Assembly: GCA_965261335.1 (NCBI GenBank)
Contig: OZ253450.1
Span: 2,438,650 to 2,502,649 of the forward strand
Direction of reading: 5' to 3'
From: Candidatus Spongiihabitans sp.
GTDB taxonomy: Bacteria; Pseudomonadota; Gammaproteobacteria; Arenicellales; Poriferihabitantaceae
Length of the DNA stretch: 64,000 bases
Below the pieces are notes generated by a model that saw nothing but the letters and a program-made list of their open reading frames with translations, was not told the origin of the DNA and did no database searches. The position numbers and the translations under genes are program-made. Positions 61,701 through 64,000 of this stretch are shown here, one piece after another. The first letter of the stretch is position 1. Each line of letters begins with the position of its first letter.

Positions 61701-62071
61701 GAGACATGTACATAAATCCCGCCATCTACAACGGTTTTGAGTCTGCACAAGAATTCCGTGCAAGGTATGCGTTATATGTGGGAAACCCTTGCGGGCTTTG
61801 CTGGATTCCTGCTCCCCGCTTGCCGGGGACAAGCTTCGCATGAATGTAAAATCCCGTAGGGATGACACCTTTGTAGCACAATCAATGAGACAGCCTAAGC
61901 GCCATAGGAGCGACACAAAAGAGATACCGCTCCTACGGAGCTTTTTAATGCAATCGTAATTGGATTGGCTACAAAGATGTCGCTCCTACGGAGCTACGGA
62001 TGTTGGGTTTTTGCACGGCTGAAGCCGTGCTTCCGACAATGATACCCACAGGGCACAAGCGCAAAGGTCTC
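61701..62071. repeat. mosaic of short dispersed repeats filling the secF-nrdR intergenic region
   Basis: Bounded by IS5-type TIR-like ends (GAGACATGTACATAAATCCC ... GCGCAAAGGTCTC). Contains a MITE-B-like copy at 61739..61883, two CGCTCCTACGGAGC hairpin modules, and a CTTGTGCCCTGTGGGTATCATTGTCGGAAGC module that is also at 21668..21698. Confidence 0.65.
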
Positions 62072-62080
62072 ATTATAAAA

Positions 62081-62185
62081 TTTTCAATTTTCAATTTTCA
62101 ATTTTCAATTTTCAATTTTCAATTTTCAATTTTCAATTTTCAATTTTCAATTTTCAATTTTCAATTTTCAATTTTCCATTATCAA
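62081..62185 (+). repeat. heptanucleotide tandem repeat (TTTTCAA)x13 perfect plus 2 degenerate units
   Basis: Counted unit by unit: 62081-62171 is perfect, followed by TTTTCCA and TTATCAA. The array ends 4 nt before the nrdR ATG. Confidence 0.97.
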
Positions 62186-62189
62186 TTAA

Positions 62190-62657
62190 ATGCGTTGCCC
62201 ATTTTGCTCAAATGATGACACGCGGGTAATCGACTCGAGACTGTGGGATAGCGGCGAAAGCGTTCGGCGGCGGCGGAAATGTCAGATATGTACACAACGG
62301 TTTACAACCTTTGAGCAGGTGGTTTTTGAAATGCCCAGCGTCATAAAATCGGACGGTTGTCGGGAAAATTTCGATGAAGTTAAGCTACGCAAAGGGCTTG
62401 CTCGTGCGCTTGAAAAAAGACCTGTCGGCATAGAAGCTATCGAAGGGATGGTGAATCGTATCATGCGAAAATTCGCCCACAAAGGTATGCTGGAAATTGA
62501 TGCCAAACAAATCGGCGAGGCGGTGATGGCAGAGCTACGACAACTGGACGAAGTGGCTTATGTACGCTTCGCATCGGTTTACCGCCGTTTCGAGGATATT
62601 AAATCATTCAGTGCCGAAGTAAAAAGGTTGGAAACCGAAAGCAATCCGAGTCAATGA
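62190..62657 (+). CDS. nrdR: transcriptional repressor NrdR
   Basis: MRCPFCSNDDTRVIDSR...RRRRKCQIC zinc ribbon plus an ATP-cone. Confidence 0.95.
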   Translation: MRCPFCSNDDTRVIDSRLWDSGESVRRRRKCQICTQRFTTFEQVVFEMPSVIKSDGCRENFDEVKLRKGLARALEKRPVGIEAIEGMVNRIMRKFAHKGMLEIDAKQIGEAVMAELRQLDEVAYVRFASVYRRFEDIKSFSAEVKRLETESNPSQ

Positions 62658-62995
62658 GTGTGCCAGAAAGGTAATTGGGCAAGCTATGAACAAGTCGCAC
62701 TTATCTATGGCAATTGCCGCAAAAAAGGTATTACCATTCGCTCATCCATCGATTGAGACTGTGCAAGAAACCCTCGCTAGGCATGTGTTACATGCGGAAA
62801 CCCTTGCGGGTTTGGCTATTTTACTGGGTTCCTGCTTTTGCAGGAACGACGAATATTGAGTTTTTGCACAGTCTCGATTGCCTGATTGCCCAATGTGCCA
62901 TCGAGAATGAGGTTACCCTGCTCCACAACGATAAAGACTTTGTGCAAATGGCAGGGGTTATCCCAACCTTAAAACAACGGTATATCGGCGACTGA
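62658..62995 (+). pseudogene. PIN-domain (VapC-like) toxin gene, 5'-truncated and interrupted by MITE-B
   Basis: Hand translation gives ...NWASYEQVALIYGNCRKKGITIRSSID | MITE | CLIAQCAIENEVTLLHNDKDFVQMAG.... Only about the C-terminal 65 aa of a roughly 130-aa PIN fold remain. The fragment starts immediately after the nrdR stop. Confidence 0.7.
62755..62875 (+). repeat. MITE-B copy (121 bp) with a 4-bp target duplication GATT
   Basis: GAGACTGTGCAAGAAACCC...GAGTTTTTGCACAGTCTC flanked by GATT (62751-54 and 62876-79). Removing the element plus one GATT restores the PIN reading frame. Confidence 0.85.
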
Positions 62996-63999
62996 TGAAA
63001 CTATTAAACCAAGCCTATGACCGAGGAAATTACCTTGAGTTTCTGGCAGATAAATTCAATTTTGCCAAGCACCTTGTGCCTATCGTTATAGACAATAACG
63101 ATGTTGAATCCCTCCAACAACTCGGCACCGTTACCAGCCAAGACGGGAAATCATTGCCCGTCTTTGAAATTCATATCAAGCCCAACACCCAATTAAGCCG
63201 AAACCGTGTGCAATTACGCAATCTGGTTGCCAAGCAAATTGGCAGCGAAGACGGTGCTTTAGCGGTTTATGTTGATGAGGAAAACAAACAATGGCGGTTC
63301 AGTTTTATTGCCATTGAATACCGTTTCACCGATACTGGCGTAACTACAGAGAAAACCGCCAGCAAACGCTTTACCTATCTGTTAGGTGAGAACGCCAAAA
63401 CCAGAACCGCAATAGAGCGTTTTGAACAACTTCACAAGCAATCCACGCTAGAAGACTTAAAAACCGCTTTTTCTGTTGAAGAGCTGAACAAGGAATTTTA
63501 CGACAAACTGTATCGCTGGTATGAAAAAGCACAATGCGAAGTCGTATTTCCCAATGACGAGCAAGCCGAAAACCACAGCCAAACCAGCCTGATTCGCCTG
63601 TTGACGCGGTTGTTATTCATCTGGTTTATCAAAGAGAAGGGGCTAATCAAGGCGGATTTATTTGATAAAGATAAATTACAAACGCTGATCGATTACGAAC
63701 AGCCCAGCAGTTTTTACAAGGCGATTCTGCAAAATCTGTTTTTTGCCACCCTCAACCGTCCGGTCACCGAGCGTAGTTTTCGCAACACGACCAACGGAGC
63801 GGCAAATAGCACCAATTATCTGGTCACCAATATCTACCGCTATCAAGATTATTTCATCGATTCGGATAAAGACAAAATCATCGCGTTATTTGCCCAAACG
63901 CCCTTTCTCAACGGTGGCTTGTTTGAATGCTTAGACCGAGAGGCAAGCGATGCAGAAAAACAGGCTTACGATAATGATAAAACGATTCGCCCGATAGGC
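62995..63999 (+). CDS. N-terminal 335 aa of a large type IIG restriction-modification / N6-adenine DNA methyltransferase-like protein (3' end beyond the window)
   Basis: Not in the ORF track because no stop falls within the window. Hand translation gives MKLLNQAYDRGNYLEFLADKF...WRFSFIAIEY...SLIRLLTRLLFIWFIKEKGLI...NLFFATLN...TPFLNGGLFECLD with no stop to nt 64000. The LLF.WF..EKG and FLNGGLFE motifs recall Eco57I/MmeI-class enzymes. The ATG overlaps the PIN stop (TGATG). Confidence 0.6.
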   Translation, partial: MKLLNQAYDRGNYLEFLADKFNFAKHLVPIVIDNNDVESLQQLGTVTSQDGKSLPVFEIHIKPNTQLSRNRVQLRNLVAKQIGSEDGALAVYVDEENKQWRFSFIAIEYRFTDTGVTTEKTASKRFTYLLGENAKTRTAIERFEQLHKQSTLEDLKTAFSVEELNKEFYDKLYRWYEKAQCEVVFPNDEQAENHSQTSLIRLLTRLLFIWFIKEKGLIKADLFDKDKLQTLIDYEQPSSFYKAILQNLFFATLNRPVTERSFRNTTNGAANSTNYLVTNIYRYQDYFIDSDKDKIIALFAQTPFLNGGLFECLDREASDAEKQAYDNDKTIRPIG

Positions 64000-64000
64000 A

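Noticed and set aside
62081-62185. CRISPR-like array
   Set aside because: The units are 7 bp with no spacers, and no cas genes are present. The dispersed MITE copies are not regularly spaced either.
62000-62215. ORF encoding the FSIFNFQ-repeat peptide
   Set aside because: It is simply the translation of the 7-bp tandem repeat, which gives a 21-bp periodicity. It is in a different frame from nrdR and has no start context or domain.

Overview
The window is a 64-kb chromosomal segment with Gammaproteobacteria-like gene content and order; I cannot name the organism from sequence alone. About 45 housekeeping genes are recognisable. On the + strand: argG (5' partial), a TIGR04283/TIGR04282-type glycosyltransferase pair plus an lpxL-like gene, hisB-hisH-hisA-hisF-[recQ-like]-hisI-tatABC-hemA-prfA-prmC, accBC, purH-[DUF2628 protein]-purD-[VanZ]-purE-tsaC-hemF-waaA-GT4, yajC-secDF and nrdR. 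On the - strand: mtaB-like, metF, an amidase, tauE-like, hemH, TRAP dctPQM, an FAH-family gene, pepN, fdxA, mutS and suhB. The backbone is heavily littered with decayed mobile DNA: an ISL3 remnant, three IS5-family copies or fragments, three IS30-family copies or fragments, and a possible ISAs1 C-terminal remnant. There are also two families of short non-coding TIR elements. I call them MITE-A (about 108 bp, TIR GGGCTTGTCGG) and MITE-B (about 120-145 bp, ends GAGACNGTGCAAGAAACCC...TTTTTGCACAGTCTC). These elements are nested in one another and sit at gene boundaries: the hemH start, the amidase stop and inside a PIN toxin gene. Other notable items are: (1) a low-GC RecQ-family helicase gene wedged between hisF and hisI; (2) 13 perfect TTTTCAA heptamers directly upstream of nrdR; (3) a large open-ended ORF absent from the ORF track (62995 to the window end) with type IIG restriction-modification / N6-methyltransferase-like motifs, start-overlapping a truncated PIN gene; (4) a hydantoinase A/B deletion-fusion pseudogene; (5) an orphan TolC-like gene in an IS-bounded low-GC island. 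I found no rRNA, tRNA, CRISPR array, reverse transcriptase or prophage structural genes. I could not identify a clear multi-gene novel system. The best candidates for follow-up are the defence-like island starting at the nrdR stop codon and the helicase insertion in the his operon.
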